Shown here piece after piece: positions 53,862 through 63,256 of a stretch of DNA of 64,000 bases (positions within the stretch are counted from its first letter, which is position 1; every line of letters begins with the position of its first letter). Below the pieces are notes generated by a model. That model saw only the letters and a program-made list of their open reading frames with translations, was not told where the DNA came from and made no database searches. The stretch spans positions 27,814 through 91,813 of the forward strand of contig JADLCI010000007.1 of the NCBI GenBank assembly GCA_020847275.1, read 5' to 3'. Source of the stretch: Candidatus Nomurabacteria bacterium. GTDB lineage: Bacteria > Patescibacteriota > Minisyncoccia > Phycocordibacterales > JACOZG01. Both the position numbers and the translations under genes were made by a program.

Positions 53862-56150
53862 ATGACCGCTGCCAAAAATTCACTAAAACAAATTAAGAAA
53901 CGTGATGGCTCGGTTGTCCCTTTCGATCAGTCTCGTATTGTAATTGCCGTACAGAAGGCCATGAGAGCCTCTGGTGAGGGTGACGAGGGGGTTGCGGTTA
54001 AACTGGCCACCGCTGTTACCCGCGATCTTGAAAAACAAATGAAAAAGGCCGGGAGAGAATATGTTCCTGCGGTGGAGGAAGCTCAAGATTTGGTTGAGAA
54101 ACAGTTAATTGCTCACAATCTTGCTGCCGTGGCAAAAGCGTACATCCTCTATCGCCAGCGTCGTACCGAATTGCGTCAGGAGAAAGGAGAAGTTCCTAAG
54201 GAGGTGAGAGAGTTGTCGGCTAAGAGTAAGCAATATTTCCGTAACCAACTTTCGGAGTTTGTTTATCACACTACCTACTCGAAATGGATTCCAGAAAAAA
54301 GACGTCGTGAGACCTGGGTGGAGACGGTTGAGCGTTATATGAGTTTCATGCGGGAGAATCTGGGTAATAAGTTGAAGGAAAGTGAGTACGCTGAAATTCA
54401 ACAATCAATACTAGAGATGAAGGCGCTTGGTTCCATGAGACTTCTTTGGTCAGCTGGTTCTGCGGCACGCAAAACCAATGTGGCCGCCTATAATTGCTCT
54501 TTCACGGCACCATCGAAGTGGCAGGATTTCGCCGAAGTGATGTATATCTTGATGTGTGGCACTGGGGTCGGTTTTTCCGTAGAACATCAAACGGTCGAAA
54601 TGCTACCAATGATCAAGCGACAGACGGGTAAAAAAATATCAACTTTCACCATCCCCGATTCAAAGGAGGGTTGGTGCGATGCCTTTTCTCTTGGTCTGGA
54701 GACTTGGTCCTCGGGGCAGGATATCGAATTTGATTATTCCGCAATTAGACCTCAAGGTTCGCGTTTGGTTACCATGGGTGGGCGTGCTTCGGGGCCAGCG
54801 CCGCTCCGGGCCCTCTTGGATTTCTCACGGGAAAAGATGTTAGCACGCCAAGGTCGCCGACTTTCCACTCTTGATGTCCACGATATTCTTTGTAAGACCG
54901 GTGAAGTTGTGGTGATGGGGGGCGTTCGTCGTTCAGCTCTAATATCCCTCTCGGATGTTGATGATCAAGATATGCGTGAAGCAAAGAATGGACAGTTTTA
55001 TCTTAATCAGCCACAGCGAAGCATGGCCAATAATTCAGCTGTTTATAATGAAAAACCGACGGTGCCACAGTTCTTGGACGAGTGGGTCAATTTGGTTAAA
55101 TCAGGTTCTGGCGAGCGGGGTGTTTTCAATCGCGGTAGCTTGAAGCAGCAGTTGCCAGATAGACGTTGGAAGGTTTTCGAGAAAGATGCTTGGTCTTCAG
55201 GTACTAATCCTTGTGGTGAAATAATTTTGAAATCTAAACAATTTTGTAATCTGTCAGAGGTTGTGGCTCGCGCAGAAGATACGGAGGCGACCCTGGTGAA
55301 GAAGGTTCGTGTGGCTACAATTCTCGGTACTTATCAAGCTACTCTGACTAAGTTTCCTTATTTGTCTAAAGAATGGAAGAAAAATTGCGAGGAGGAGGCC
55401 TTGCTTGGTGTTTCCATCACGGGGCAGTTTGATTCTAAGGTTGTCCGCAATCCAGATGTTTTGCGAAAATTGAAGGAGGTGGCGATTGAAACAAATCGTG
55501 AATATGCCTCTCGCTTTGGTATCAATCCATCCACCTGTATTACCTGTGTTAAGCCATCCGGTAATGGCTCACAACTCTTCGATTCCTCTTCGGGAATGCA
55601 TCCGCGTCATGCGCCCTACTACATTCGCCGTATTCGGATTGAGAATCACAATCCACTTTTCCATATGCTCCGCGATCTTGGAGTGCCGCATCAACCAGAA
55701 GTAGGACAAACTCACGAAACAGCGACAACCTATGTACTGGAGTTCCCGGTGAAAGCGCCAAAAGGGTCTGTCTATAAAGATGAGATTAGCGCCCTTGCTC
55801 AGTTGGAGCACTGGAAGATGCTGAAAGAAAATTTTACCGAACACAATCCATCGACCACGATTTCTGTAGGGGAGGATGAGTGGTTGCAAGTCGGCAACTG
55901 GGTTTATCACCATTGGGATATTGTTGGTGGACTTTCTTTTTTGCCACGGAGCGAGCATGTTTATCGGTTAGCTCCATACGAGGCAATTACCGAGGAACAT
56001 TACACTAAACTAGTAAAAAGTTTTCCGCAGATTGATTTTTCTAAGGTTGTACTTTACGAGTATGATGACGAGACTAGTGGTTCTAAAGAATTGGCCTGCG
56101 TTGCTGGAACCTGCGAGATTGATTTGACTCCAAAAGAGAAGGTTGTATAA
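53862..56150 (+). CDS. nrdJ: Class II (adenosylcobalamin-dependent) ribonucleotide reductase with an N-terminal ATP-cone
   Basis: IKKRDG ATP-cone, YNCSF, GGVRRSA, TNPCGEI, VKPSG and C-terminal ACVAGTCEI; no adjacent small subunit. Confidence 0.9.
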   Translation: MTAAKNSLKQIKKRDGSVVPFDQSRIVIAVQKAMRASGEGDEGVAVKLATAVTRDLEKQMKKAGREYVPAVEEAQDLVEKQLIAHNLAAVAKAYILYRQRRTELRQEKGEVPKEVRELSAKSKQYFRNQLSEFVYHTTYSKWIPEKRRRETWVETVERYMSFMRENLGNKLKESEYAEIQQSILEMKALGSMRLLWSAGSAARKTNVAAYNCSFTAPSKWQDFAEVMYILMCGTGVGFSVEHQTVEMLPMIKRQTGKKISTFTIPDSKEGWCDAFSLGLETWSSGQDIEFDYSAIRPQGSRLVTMGGRASGPAPLRALLDFSREKMLARQGRRLSTLDVHDILCKTGEVVVMGGVRRSALISLSDVDDQDMREAKNGQFYLNQPQRSMANNSAVYNEKPTVPQFLDEWVNLVKSGSGERGVFNRGSLKQQLPDRRWKVFEKDAWSSGTNPCGEIILKSKQFCNLSEVVARAEDTEATLVKKVRVATILGTYQATLTKFPYLSKEWKKNCEEEALLGVSITGQFDSKVVRNPDVLRKLKEVAIETNREYASRFGINPSTCITCVKPSGNGSQLFDSSSGMHPRHAPYYIRRIRIENHNPLFHMLRDLGVPHQPEVGQTHETATTYVLEFPVKAPKGSVYKDEISALAQLEHWKMLKENFTEHNPSTTISVGEDEWLQVGNWVYHHWDIVGGLSFLPRSEHVYRLAPYEAITEEHYTKLVKSFPQIDFSKVVLYEYDDETSGSKELACVAGTCEIDLTPKEKVV

Positions 56151-56158
56151 TCAGAGTA

Positions 56159-56463
56159 GTCTGGTGTCGGGTAGTTGCTCTCGTTTCGGAATTTGAGACG
56201 GGAGAGGAAAGTCCGAACACTTATCCATCAAAAGGTGGATTAAAATGGTAGCGGGTAATGCCCGTCCGGAGCAATCCGTGAGGTGCGAACAGAGACGAGC
56301 TCCTTCAGTGGAGGTGAAACGGCTAAATCCTTACCCAAGTGCAAGGTCGTGCCCCGCTATTTGCGGGGAGTGCCGCTAGAGGCTAATGGTGACATTAGTC
56401 CCAGATAAATAACTATCTCCTTGTCTAAGATAGGGAACAGAATTCGGCTTATAGACACCAGAC
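56159..56463 (+). ncRNA. rnpB: RNase P RNA
   Basis: P1 GTCTGGTGTC/GACACCAGAC; conserved GAGGAAAGTCC and AACAGAATTCGGCTTA; TATAAT at 56146-56151. Confidence 0.95.
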
Positions 56464-56471
56464 AAAGAGTC

Positions 56472-56500
56472 AAAAATCCTCGCCACAAGCGGGGATTTTT
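56472..56500 (+). terminator. Intrinsic terminator after rnpB
   Basis: AAAAATCCTCGC-CACAA-GCGGGGATTTTT. Confidence 0.8.
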
Positions 56501-56524
56501 GCTACGATTAGAGACTAAATTATA

Positions 56525-58204
56525 ATGGTCAAACACGTTTGGCGATTACTCAATAAGGAATGGTCCGGCCTGCACGAGGCGGCATATCTCCTTGGTTTTT
56601 TTGCCCTTTTTTCGCAAATGCTTGCCCTTGTGCGGGATCGTTTATTTGCCTACACCTTTGGCGCTTCGCACACGCTTGATCTTTATTACGCCGCTTTTCG
56701 GATTCCTGATTTCATCTTTGTTTCACTTGGCTCGTTAGTTTCCCTTTCTGTCCTCATCCCTTTTTTGTTGGAGAAAATTGATCAATCAGACAGCGAGGCG
56801 CGCTCTTTTCTCAGTCAACTTTTTTCGTTCTTTCTTATCCTAATGGTTGTTGTTGGTGTGACTGCCTGGTTTCTCACACCTCGTTTATTGCCATGGCTAT
56901 TCCCAAGCTACGTTGGTGGAGAATTTTATTCGGAATTGGTCGCAATGAGTCGGATTCTACTGCTCTCGCCGATTTTGCTTGGTCTCTCAAACTTTCTTGC
57001 AAGCATTACCCAGATCTATAAGAGGTTTTTCATCTATGCGATTTCGCCACTGCTCTATAACCTTGGAATTATTATCGGTATTCTCTTCCTCTATCCATTT
57101 TTTGGACTTAGTGGTCTTGCTTGGGGTGTTGTGCTTGGGGCATTTTGCCACCTGCTGATTCAAGTTCCTTTTGTGATCCAACAAGGACTATGGCCACGTT
57201 TCCGTTTTCGGGTTGATTTTCGATCCATTAGACGGGTCATGACCGTCTCGCTGCCTCGCACTATCACTCTTTCGGCAAACGAGCTGTCAAAGCTCTTTTT
57301 AATAGCACTTGCTGCCACTCTTGCGACCGGCTCGATATCTGTTTTCAGTTTTGCCTTCAATCTTCAGGCGGTGCCACTATCTATTATTGGTGTTTCTTAT
57401 TCTCTCGCCGCCTTCCCGTCACTTACGCGATTCTTTTTGCGGGGAGAACATGAGCAGTTTATCAAACAGATGATCACTTCGGCCCAACACATTATTTTCT
57501 GGATCCTACCAGCCACGGTGCTTTTCATCGTTCTTCGGGCGCAGATTGTTCGTACCATTCTCGGTTCTGGTCAATTTGATTGGTCTGATACACGTCTCAC
57601 GGCAGCCACACTTGCTCTTTTCGCGGTGTCGCTCGTTCCCCAGGCATTAGCACTTCTTTTTGTCCGGTCCTATTATGCTCGCGGCAAAACTTGGCAACCG
57701 CTTCTTTGGAATAGTGTTGCTTCCGCGGTCGTTATCATTGGGAGTTACATTTTAATTCAAGTCTTTCAACAGGCACCGATTTTTCGTTATTTTATAGAGT
57801 CTCTTTTCAAGGTTGATGATATTTCTGGTGGAGAAGTCTTAATGCTTCCGCTTGCCTTTTCTTTCGGGCTTTTTGTTAATCTGTTTGCGCACTGGCGTTC
57901 TTTCCATTATGACTTCCCGAGCTTTTCTCGTCCGGTTTTGCGTACATTTTGGCACAGTTTTTCTGCTTCTGTTCTTGCGGGCGGTGTGGCTTACCTGGGT
58001 CTAAATCTTTTCAGCACCGTTTTTGACCTCAACACCTTCTGGGGGATTTTCTTGCAAGGACTGCTGTCCGGGATTATGGGTATTATTGCAGCGATTATCG
58101 TTCTTGGTTTAATGAAAAGTCATGAGTTGAAAGAGATTTGGCAAACACTTCACCGTCGGATCTGGGGGGTGCAGATTATTGGTCCCGACCCTGATATGAT
58201 TTAG
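56525..58204 (+). CDS. murJ: Lipid II flippase MurJ/MviN
   Basis: LALVRDRLFA..FGA, YYAAFRIPD, PLLYNLGII, FNLQAVP and RSYYA motifs; many TM helices. Confidence 0.9.
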   Translation: MVKHVWRLLNKEWSGLHEAAYLLGFFALFSQMLALVRDRLFAYTFGASHTLDLYYAAFRIPDFIFVSLGSLVSLSVLIPFLLEKIDQSDSEARSFLSQLFSFFLILMVVVGVTAWFLTPRLLPWLFPSYVGGEFYSELVAMSRILLLSPILLGLSNFLASITQIYKRFFIYAISPLLYNLGIIIGILFLYPFFGLSGLAWGVVLGAFCHLLIQVPFVIQQGLWPRFRFRVDFRSIRRVMTVSLPRTITLSANELSKLFLIALAATLATGSISVFSFAFNLQAVPLSIIGVSYSLAAFPSLTRFFLRGEHEQFIKQMITSAQHIIFWILPATVLFIVLRAQIVRTILGSGQFDWSDTRLTAATLALFAVSLVPQALALLFVRSYYARGKTWQPLLWNSVASAVVIIGSYILIQVFQQAPIFRYFIESLFKVDDISGGEVLMLPLAFSFGLFVNLFAHWRSFHYDFPSFSRPVLRTFWHSFSASVLAGGVAYLGLNLFSTVFDLNTFWGIFLQGLLSGIMGIIAAIIVLGLMKSHELKEIWQTLHRRIWGVQIIGPDPDMI

Positions 58205-58272
58205 GCTCCATTCTAGAAAATGCGACCAGGTGTTTTTTTGCGTTTTATCAGATTTACTATAGAGTTTAACAA

Positions 58273-60072
58273 ATGGATTTATCCCACATCAGAAACTTTT
58301 CAATTATTGCCCATATTGATCACGGCAAGTCTACTCTGGCGGATAGGTTGTTGGAGTTAACGAATACGGTTGAGAAACGTAAGATGCGAGCGCAGGTGTT
58401 GGATATGATGGAGCTTGAACGGGAACGGGGAATTACCATCAAGATGCAACCCGTTCGAATGAAGTATCAAACTGGCGGTGGGGATTATTTATTGAATTTA
58501 ATTGATACGCCCGGGCATATCGACTTCTCCTACGAAGTTTCGCGGGCGCTTCAGGCGGTGGAGGGGGTTCTTCTGCTTGTGGACGCCACTCAGGGTGTGC
58601 AGGCGCAGACTTTCACTGTTTTGAACATGGCTCGTGAGTTCAATCTTGTGATTATTCCAGTAATCAACAAAATTGATTCACCAATCGCCCGGCTTCATGA
58701 GACCGAACAAGAAATCATGGAATTGTTAAAGTGCTCATCGGCGGAAATTTTGCGGGTGTCGGGAAAGACGGGTGAGGGGGTGGGCGAGTTGTTGGAAAAA
58801 ATTGTGACGAGAATTCCTGCGCCCAAAACAGAGTTTGTTGGTAACGATCCTCGTGCCCTAGTTTTTGATTATTCTTACTCAAACCACCAGGGTGTTATTA
58901 TTTACGCCAGAGTGTTTGATGGCGAAATTAGGAGGGGGTCGGAGCTAAGCTTTAGTGCTACGGGTGACAAGTTCGTGGTGCTAGAGGTCGGGTCTTTTTT
59001 ACCGGAGAAGCATTCCCTTGCTAGTTTGGTGGCGGGAGAGATTGGTTATATTGTGACGGGTTTGAAGCGGGCTGGACAGGCTAAGGTGGGTGATACGGTT
59101 ACGAGTGTTTCGCGAGCGCTACCCGCTTTTCCCGGATATCGTGAACCAGAGCCGGTTGTTTGGGCCAGCGTTTATCCCGAGAATGCTGATGATTTTACAT
59201 TACTTCGGCAATCATTGGAGCGGTTACGGCTTTCCGATGCCGCTTTGTCGTTCGTCGAAGAGTCCTCTGGTTCGCTGGGGCGTGGTTTTCGAGCGGGATT
59301 CTTGGGTTTACTACATTTGGAAATTATCGTCGAAAGACTGAAGAGAGAATTTAATCTCACTCTAGTTGTTACCACCCCATCTATTGGTTATGAGGTGAAA
59401 GATTTAGCAACCGGGAAGACAACCTTAATCTACGCGCCGCATCTCTTCCCTGCCGACACACGTGGTTATGAGGTGATGGAGCCGTGGGTCAGCGCTTCCA
59501 TCATTTTGCCACCGAGCTATCTTGGGAATGTCATTAAATTATTTAACAGTCACGAAGTTTTATTACTGACAACCAATAATTTTAGCGAGGATCGTTCGGT
59601 CTTGGAGGTAGAGCTTCCTCTCCGAGAACTGATGAGGCACTTTTTTGATGAGTTGAAAAGTGTCTCATCAGGCTTCGCCTCTTTCTCCTATCAATTATGT
59701 GGGTTACGACGCGCTGAGGTGGTGAGGCTCGATGTTTTGGTCGGGGGCGAGACTGTGGCCCCCTTTGCTCGGGTGGTCTCCCGGGCCAAAATGGAAGAAG
59801 AGGCTAAGGCGGTTGTGGAAAAGTTGTTCAAAGTTTTACCACGTCAATTAATTACGATTAAAATTCAAGCTCAGGCACTGGGACGGATAATTTCCTCACG
59901 GACTATCTCTGCTCTCCGTAAGGATGTGACCGACTATCTATACGGTGGGGATATTACTCGGAAGATGAAATTGCGCGAGAAGCAGAAGAAGGGAAAGAAA
60001 AAAATGCAGAACATTGGCTCGGTGAATATTCCACCAGAAGTTTTCCTTCGGATGGTCGGTTCAGACAAATAG
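58273..60072 (+). CDS. lepA: Elongation factor 4 (LepA)
   Basis: IRNFSIIAHIDHGKSTLADR, DTPGHIDF, GFLGLLH and YGGDITRKMKL motifs. Confidence 0.97.
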   Translation: MDLSHIRNFSIIAHIDHGKSTLADRLLELTNTVEKRKMRAQVLDMMELERERGITIKMQPVRMKYQTGGGDYLLNLIDTPGHIDFSYEVSRALQAVEGVLLLVDATQGVQAQTFTVLNMAREFNLVIIPVINKIDSPIARLHETEQEIMELLKCSSAEILRVSGKTGEGVGELLEKIVTRIPAPKTEFVGNDPRALVFDYSYSNHQGVIIYARVFDGEIRRGSELSFSATGDKFVVLEVGSFLPEKHSLASLVAGEIGYIVTGLKRAGQAKVGDTVTSVSRALPAFPGYREPEPVVWASVYPENADDFTLLRQSLERLRLSDAALSFVEESSGSLGRGFRAGFLGLLHLEIIVERLKREFNLTLVVTTPSIGYEVKDLATGKTTLIYAPHLFPADTRGYEVMEPWVSASIILPPSYLGNVIKLFNSHEVLLLTTNNFSEDRSVLEVELPLRELMRHFFDELKSVSSGFASFSYQLCGLRRAEVVRLDVLVGGETVAPFARVVSRAKMEEEAKAVVEKLFKVLPRQLITIKIQAQALGRIISSRTISALRKDVTDYLYGGDITRKMKLREKQKKGKKKMQNIGSVNIPPEVFLRMVGSDK

Positions 60073-60192
60073 CGGGGAACTATAAAGTAAGACCATTCCC
60101 AAAATAACAATAATGCCCACTATCGTCCAGACTAGTTGCAATCCTTTTCGATGTCTTTTATTTAAAATCATTTCCAGTTAGTATAAAGCAGA

Positions 60193-60552
60193 ATGATTAA
60201 ACGGCCAAGTAATCTCGGTTGGCGGCGCTGGCTCTATACTCGAGTGTCAATCGTCGCTATTGCACTCGTCGCGCTTCTACTTGGACGGGCGGGCTGGCAA
60301 GTTTTCTGGAAACAGCGCCTGGTGATAAATGATCGGGCGCAGGTGGAGAGCGAGCTCTCGGCGCTAATGGCCCGAGAACAGAAATTGCGGGCGGAAATCG
60401 ACCTCTTAAAAAGCGAGTCAGGGTTAGAGGGGAAGATTCGAGAGAAATTCTCGGTTGTTAAAGAAGGAGAGAAGGTGATTGCAATCGTTGCCAGAGATAA
60501 GGCCACAACAAGCACTACGACGGCGGAGAGGAGGTCGTGGTGGCCTTTTTAG
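60193..60552 (+). CDS. Septum formation initiator (FtsB/DivIC family)
   Basis: One TM helix, a coiled coil and the LEGKIREKFSVVKEGEKVI motif. Confidence 0.8.
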   Translation: MIKRPSNLGWRRWLYTRVSIVAIALVALLLGRAGWQVFWKQRLVINDRAQVESELSALMAREQKLRAEIDLLKSESGLEGKIREKFSVVKEGEKVIAIVARDKATTSTTTAERRSWWPF

Positions 60553-60562
60553 ATCTTTATTT

Positions 60563-60633
60563 GCGGGGTTAGTTCAGTGGCAGAATGAGTGCTTCCCAAG
60601 CATTAGACGCGAGTTCGATTCTCGCATCCCGCA
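60563..60633 (+). tRNA. tRNA-Gly(CCC)
   Basis: Acceptor GCGGGGT/ATCCCGC, anticodon loop TTCCCAA, T-arm GCGAG-TTCGATT-CTCGC; CCA not encoded. Confidence 0.93.
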
Positions 60634-60717
60634 CTTGCAAGTTTAGGATAACCATGTTACTTTCTTGGTAGTCGTTTTTTTGGTGTTTTCGGTGCTTTCA
60701 CGAACAGGAGAAAACAA

Positions 60718-60999
60718 ATGGAATTGAATCGGGATTCAGTCAAGGATACCGTGTTAAAGATTGTCGCTGATCATCTGGGTAAGGATAAAAATATCATTAC
60801 CGAAGAGAGCAATTTTGTCGAAGATCTTGATGCTGATTCTCTGGATACGGTTGAAATCGTCATGTCGTTTGAAGACGAGTTTGAGATTTCCGTTCCTGAC
60901 GAGGAGGCCGAAAAATTGACCACCGTTGGTTCGGTGATTGAGTACATTTGTGTCAGTCTGCGCAAGGCAGAAAATTATGAAAAGGCCGACCCGCCATAG
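60718..60999 (+). CDS. acpP: Acyl carrier protein
   Basis: FVEDLDADSLDTVEIVMSFEDEFEISVPDEEAEKLTTV with the DSL phosphopantetheine site; SD AGGAG at 60706-60710. Confidence 0.92.
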   Translation: MELNRDSVKDTVLKIVADHLGKDKNIITEESNFVEDLDADSLDTVEIVMSFEDEFEISVPDEEAEKLTTVGSVIEYICVSLRKAENYEKADPP

Positions 61000-61012
61000 G
61001 GCGGCCTTTTTT
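60980..61012 (+). terminator. Terminator overlapping the ACP stop codon
   Basis: AAAAGGCCG...CGGCCTTTTTT. Confidence 0.75.
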
Positions 61013-61055
61013 CTTGCAAAATCAAATTTTTCTGTTAGAATTGGTTTCTTAAATT

Positions 61056-62969
61056 ATGCCCCCCCTTTCTACTAAACCAAACCGTTCACCACGCCAGATT
61101 ATGACTCAATTCGGCGGGCAAATTATCCTGACAATTCTAATTCTGTTTGTTCTTATCGGCGCCTATTCTTCTTTGAAAAATAATGAAACCACAATACGAG
61201 AAGTACCCATCTCCGAATTGGCGAAATCAATTACAGAAGGCGTGGTTACGGAGGTCTCTGTTAGTGGCGATACACTGGAGGCGACGCTTCAGTCGGGCGA
61301 GATGGTAAGGTCCAAGAAAGAAACCGAGACCGCTCTCTCCAGCGCCCTCCAGAATTACGGCGTGACTTCAGATAAGTTGGCCGCGGTAACAGTGAACGTG
61401 AAAGAGCCCAGCGGCCTTTCTTTCTGGGTCGCAAATCTATTACCGTTTCTTATTCCTCTGGTTTTTATCCTTTTTTTGTTTTGGTATATTTCGCGTCAGG
61501 TGAAGGGGGCTTCAATGCAGGCACTCTCTTTCGGCCAGTCGAAGGCGAAGATTATTGACCCGAACGATTCTGGGCAGCGCATCACTTTCAAGGATGTCGC
61601 TGGTGTTCGTGAGGCCAAGGAGGAACTTCTAGAGATTGTCGACTTTTTGAAAAATCCAAAGAAGTTTCTAGATATTGGGGCTCGGATTCCAAAAGGGGTC
61701 CTTTTGATGGGTGCCCCCGGTACTGGTAAAACTTTGCTTGCTCGAGCGGTGGCTGGTGAGGCGCAGGTTCCTTTTCTCTATCTTTCTGGCTCCGACTTCG
61801 TGGAGATGTTTGTGGGTGTTGGTGCTTCTCGGGTGCGTGATTTATTTCGTCTGGCGAAGAAGTTGGCCCCGTCAATTATTTTCATTGATGAAATTGATGC
61901 CATTGGTCGACATCGGGGGAGTGGCATGGGTGGAGGCAACGATGAACGAGAGCAAACCCTTAATCAAATTTTGGTCGAGATGGACGGTTTTGAGCCAAAT
62001 GAGAAATTGATTGTAATGGCGGCCACCAACCGACCGGATGTTCTTGACCCAGCTTTGCTTCGTCCGGGGCGCTTTGATCGACGTGTTGTTCTGGATAATC
62101 CAGACATCCGTGACCGAGAGGAAATTCTTCAAATCTACGCGCGACAGAAACCACTTGGGCCAGATGTTAACTTGCGCATTATTGCTGAGCGGACACCGGG
62201 GTTTTCTGGTGCCGATCTTGCGAACCTAATGAATGAGGGAGCAATTCTGGCGGCCCGGGAGAGTCGTTCGGAGATTACCCAGTTTGATTTAATCAGAAGT
62301 GTGGAGAAGGTGATGCTTGGCCCAGAACGCAAGAGCCACATTCTTTCCATTAAGGAAAAGAAAATTACCGCTTATCACGAAATGGGGCATGCTTTGGTTG
62401 CGAGTGTTCTGCCTGACGCTGACCCGGTTCATAAAGTTTCAATTATTTCTCGTGGGCATGCCGCTGGATATACCCTCAAGCTTCCACTAGAAGATCGCAA
62501 ATTACAGTCGCGCCAGGAATTCTTGGATGATATCGCGATGTCGCTTGGTGGTTACGCCGCCGAGCAGCTCATTTTCGGTGATATTACCACTGGAGCCTCT
62601 AACGATATTGCGGTGTCCACATCTCTGGCCAGAAGCATGGTGACGAAATATGGAATGAGCGATAAACTTGGACCAATCGCTTTTGACTCCGGTGGAAGTA
62701 AAATGTGGTGGGGTGGGGCGACGGGGAGTGAGACTTATTCGTCAGAGACTGTCCAGACGGCCATTGATGGTGAGGTGGCCAAGATTATGACCGAAGCCCT
62801 CACGCGGGCGAAAAAAGTTTTAAACGAAAATCGCAAGGCGCTAGATAAGATGTCGGAGGAGTTAATTAAGGTGGAGACGATTGATCGGGAGGATTTCGAC
62901 AAACTCCTTATCCTCAATGGCATCAAGCCGAAAGTCGCCGATCTCGCCGATGGTGCTAAAATAGGTTAG
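61056..62969 (+). CDS. ftsH: ATP-dependent zinc metalloprotease FtsH
   Basis: Two TM helices, [27 protein letters not shown] and the HEMGH zinc motif. Confidence 0.97.
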   Translation: MPPLSTKPNRSPRQIMTQFGGQIILTILILFVLIGAYSSLKNNETTIREVPISELAKSITEGVVTEVSVSGDTLEATLQSGEMVRSKKETETALSSALQNYGVTSDKLAAVTVNVKEPSGLSFWVANLLPFLIPLVFILFLFWYISRQVKGASMQALSFGQSKAKIIDPNDSGQRITFKDVAGVREAKEELLEIVDFLKNPKKFLDIGARIPKGVLLMGAPGTGKTLLARAVAGEAQVPFLYLSGSDFVEMFVGVGASRVRDLFRLAKKLAPSIIFIDEIDAIGRHRGSGMGGGNDEREQTLNQILVEMDGFEPNEKLIVMAATNRPDVLDPALLRPGRFDRRVVLDNPDIRDREEILQIYARQKPLGPDVNLRIIAERTPGFSGADLANLMNEGAILAARESRSEITQFDLIRSVEKVMLGPERKSHILSIKEKKITAYHEMGHALVASVLPDADPVHKVSIISRGHAAGYTLKLPLEDRKLQSRQEFLDDIAMSLGGYAAEQLIFGDITTGASNDIAVSTSLARSMVTKYGMSDKLGPIAFDSGGSKMWWGGATGSETYSSETVQTAIDGEVAKIMTEALTRAKKVLNENRKALDKMSEELIKVETIDREDFDKLLILNGIKPKVADLADGAKIG

Positions 62970-62979
62970 CCTCGGCCCG

Positions 62980-63053
62980 GCACGCGTAGCTCAGTTGGTT
63001 AGAGCACCGAGCTTATACCTCGGCGGTCCTTGGTTCGAATCCAAGCGCGTGCA
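62980..63053 (+). tRNA. tRNA-Ile(UAU)
   Basis: Acceptor GCACGCG/CGCGTGC with discriminator A; anticodon stem CCGAG/CTCGG and loop CTTATAC (TAT at 63014-63016); T-arm CTTGG-TTCGAAT-CCAAG. Confidence 0.9.
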
Positions 63054-63072
63054 CAGAGTCTCTTTTCCCCTA

Positions 63073-63101
63073 TTGACAAACAGTTTCCACTATGCTAGAC
63101 T
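63073..63101 (+). promoter_or_regulatory. Strong sigma70-type promoter
   Basis: TTGACA, 17 bp spacer, TGc-TAGACT (extended -10). Confidence 0.75.
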
Positions 63102-63256
63102 CTAGCCAGTAGTCCTTTTACACCTAACTTGCATTTCGCCATAGCAGAAAGTGGCTCAACCCAGGGCTATTCTCTGCTGTGGCGAAGAACCCAGCGAACA
63201 ATAAACCAGAGCATGCTGCGTAGTCAGCGAGCTCACAACACGAAAGGACATGCTAT

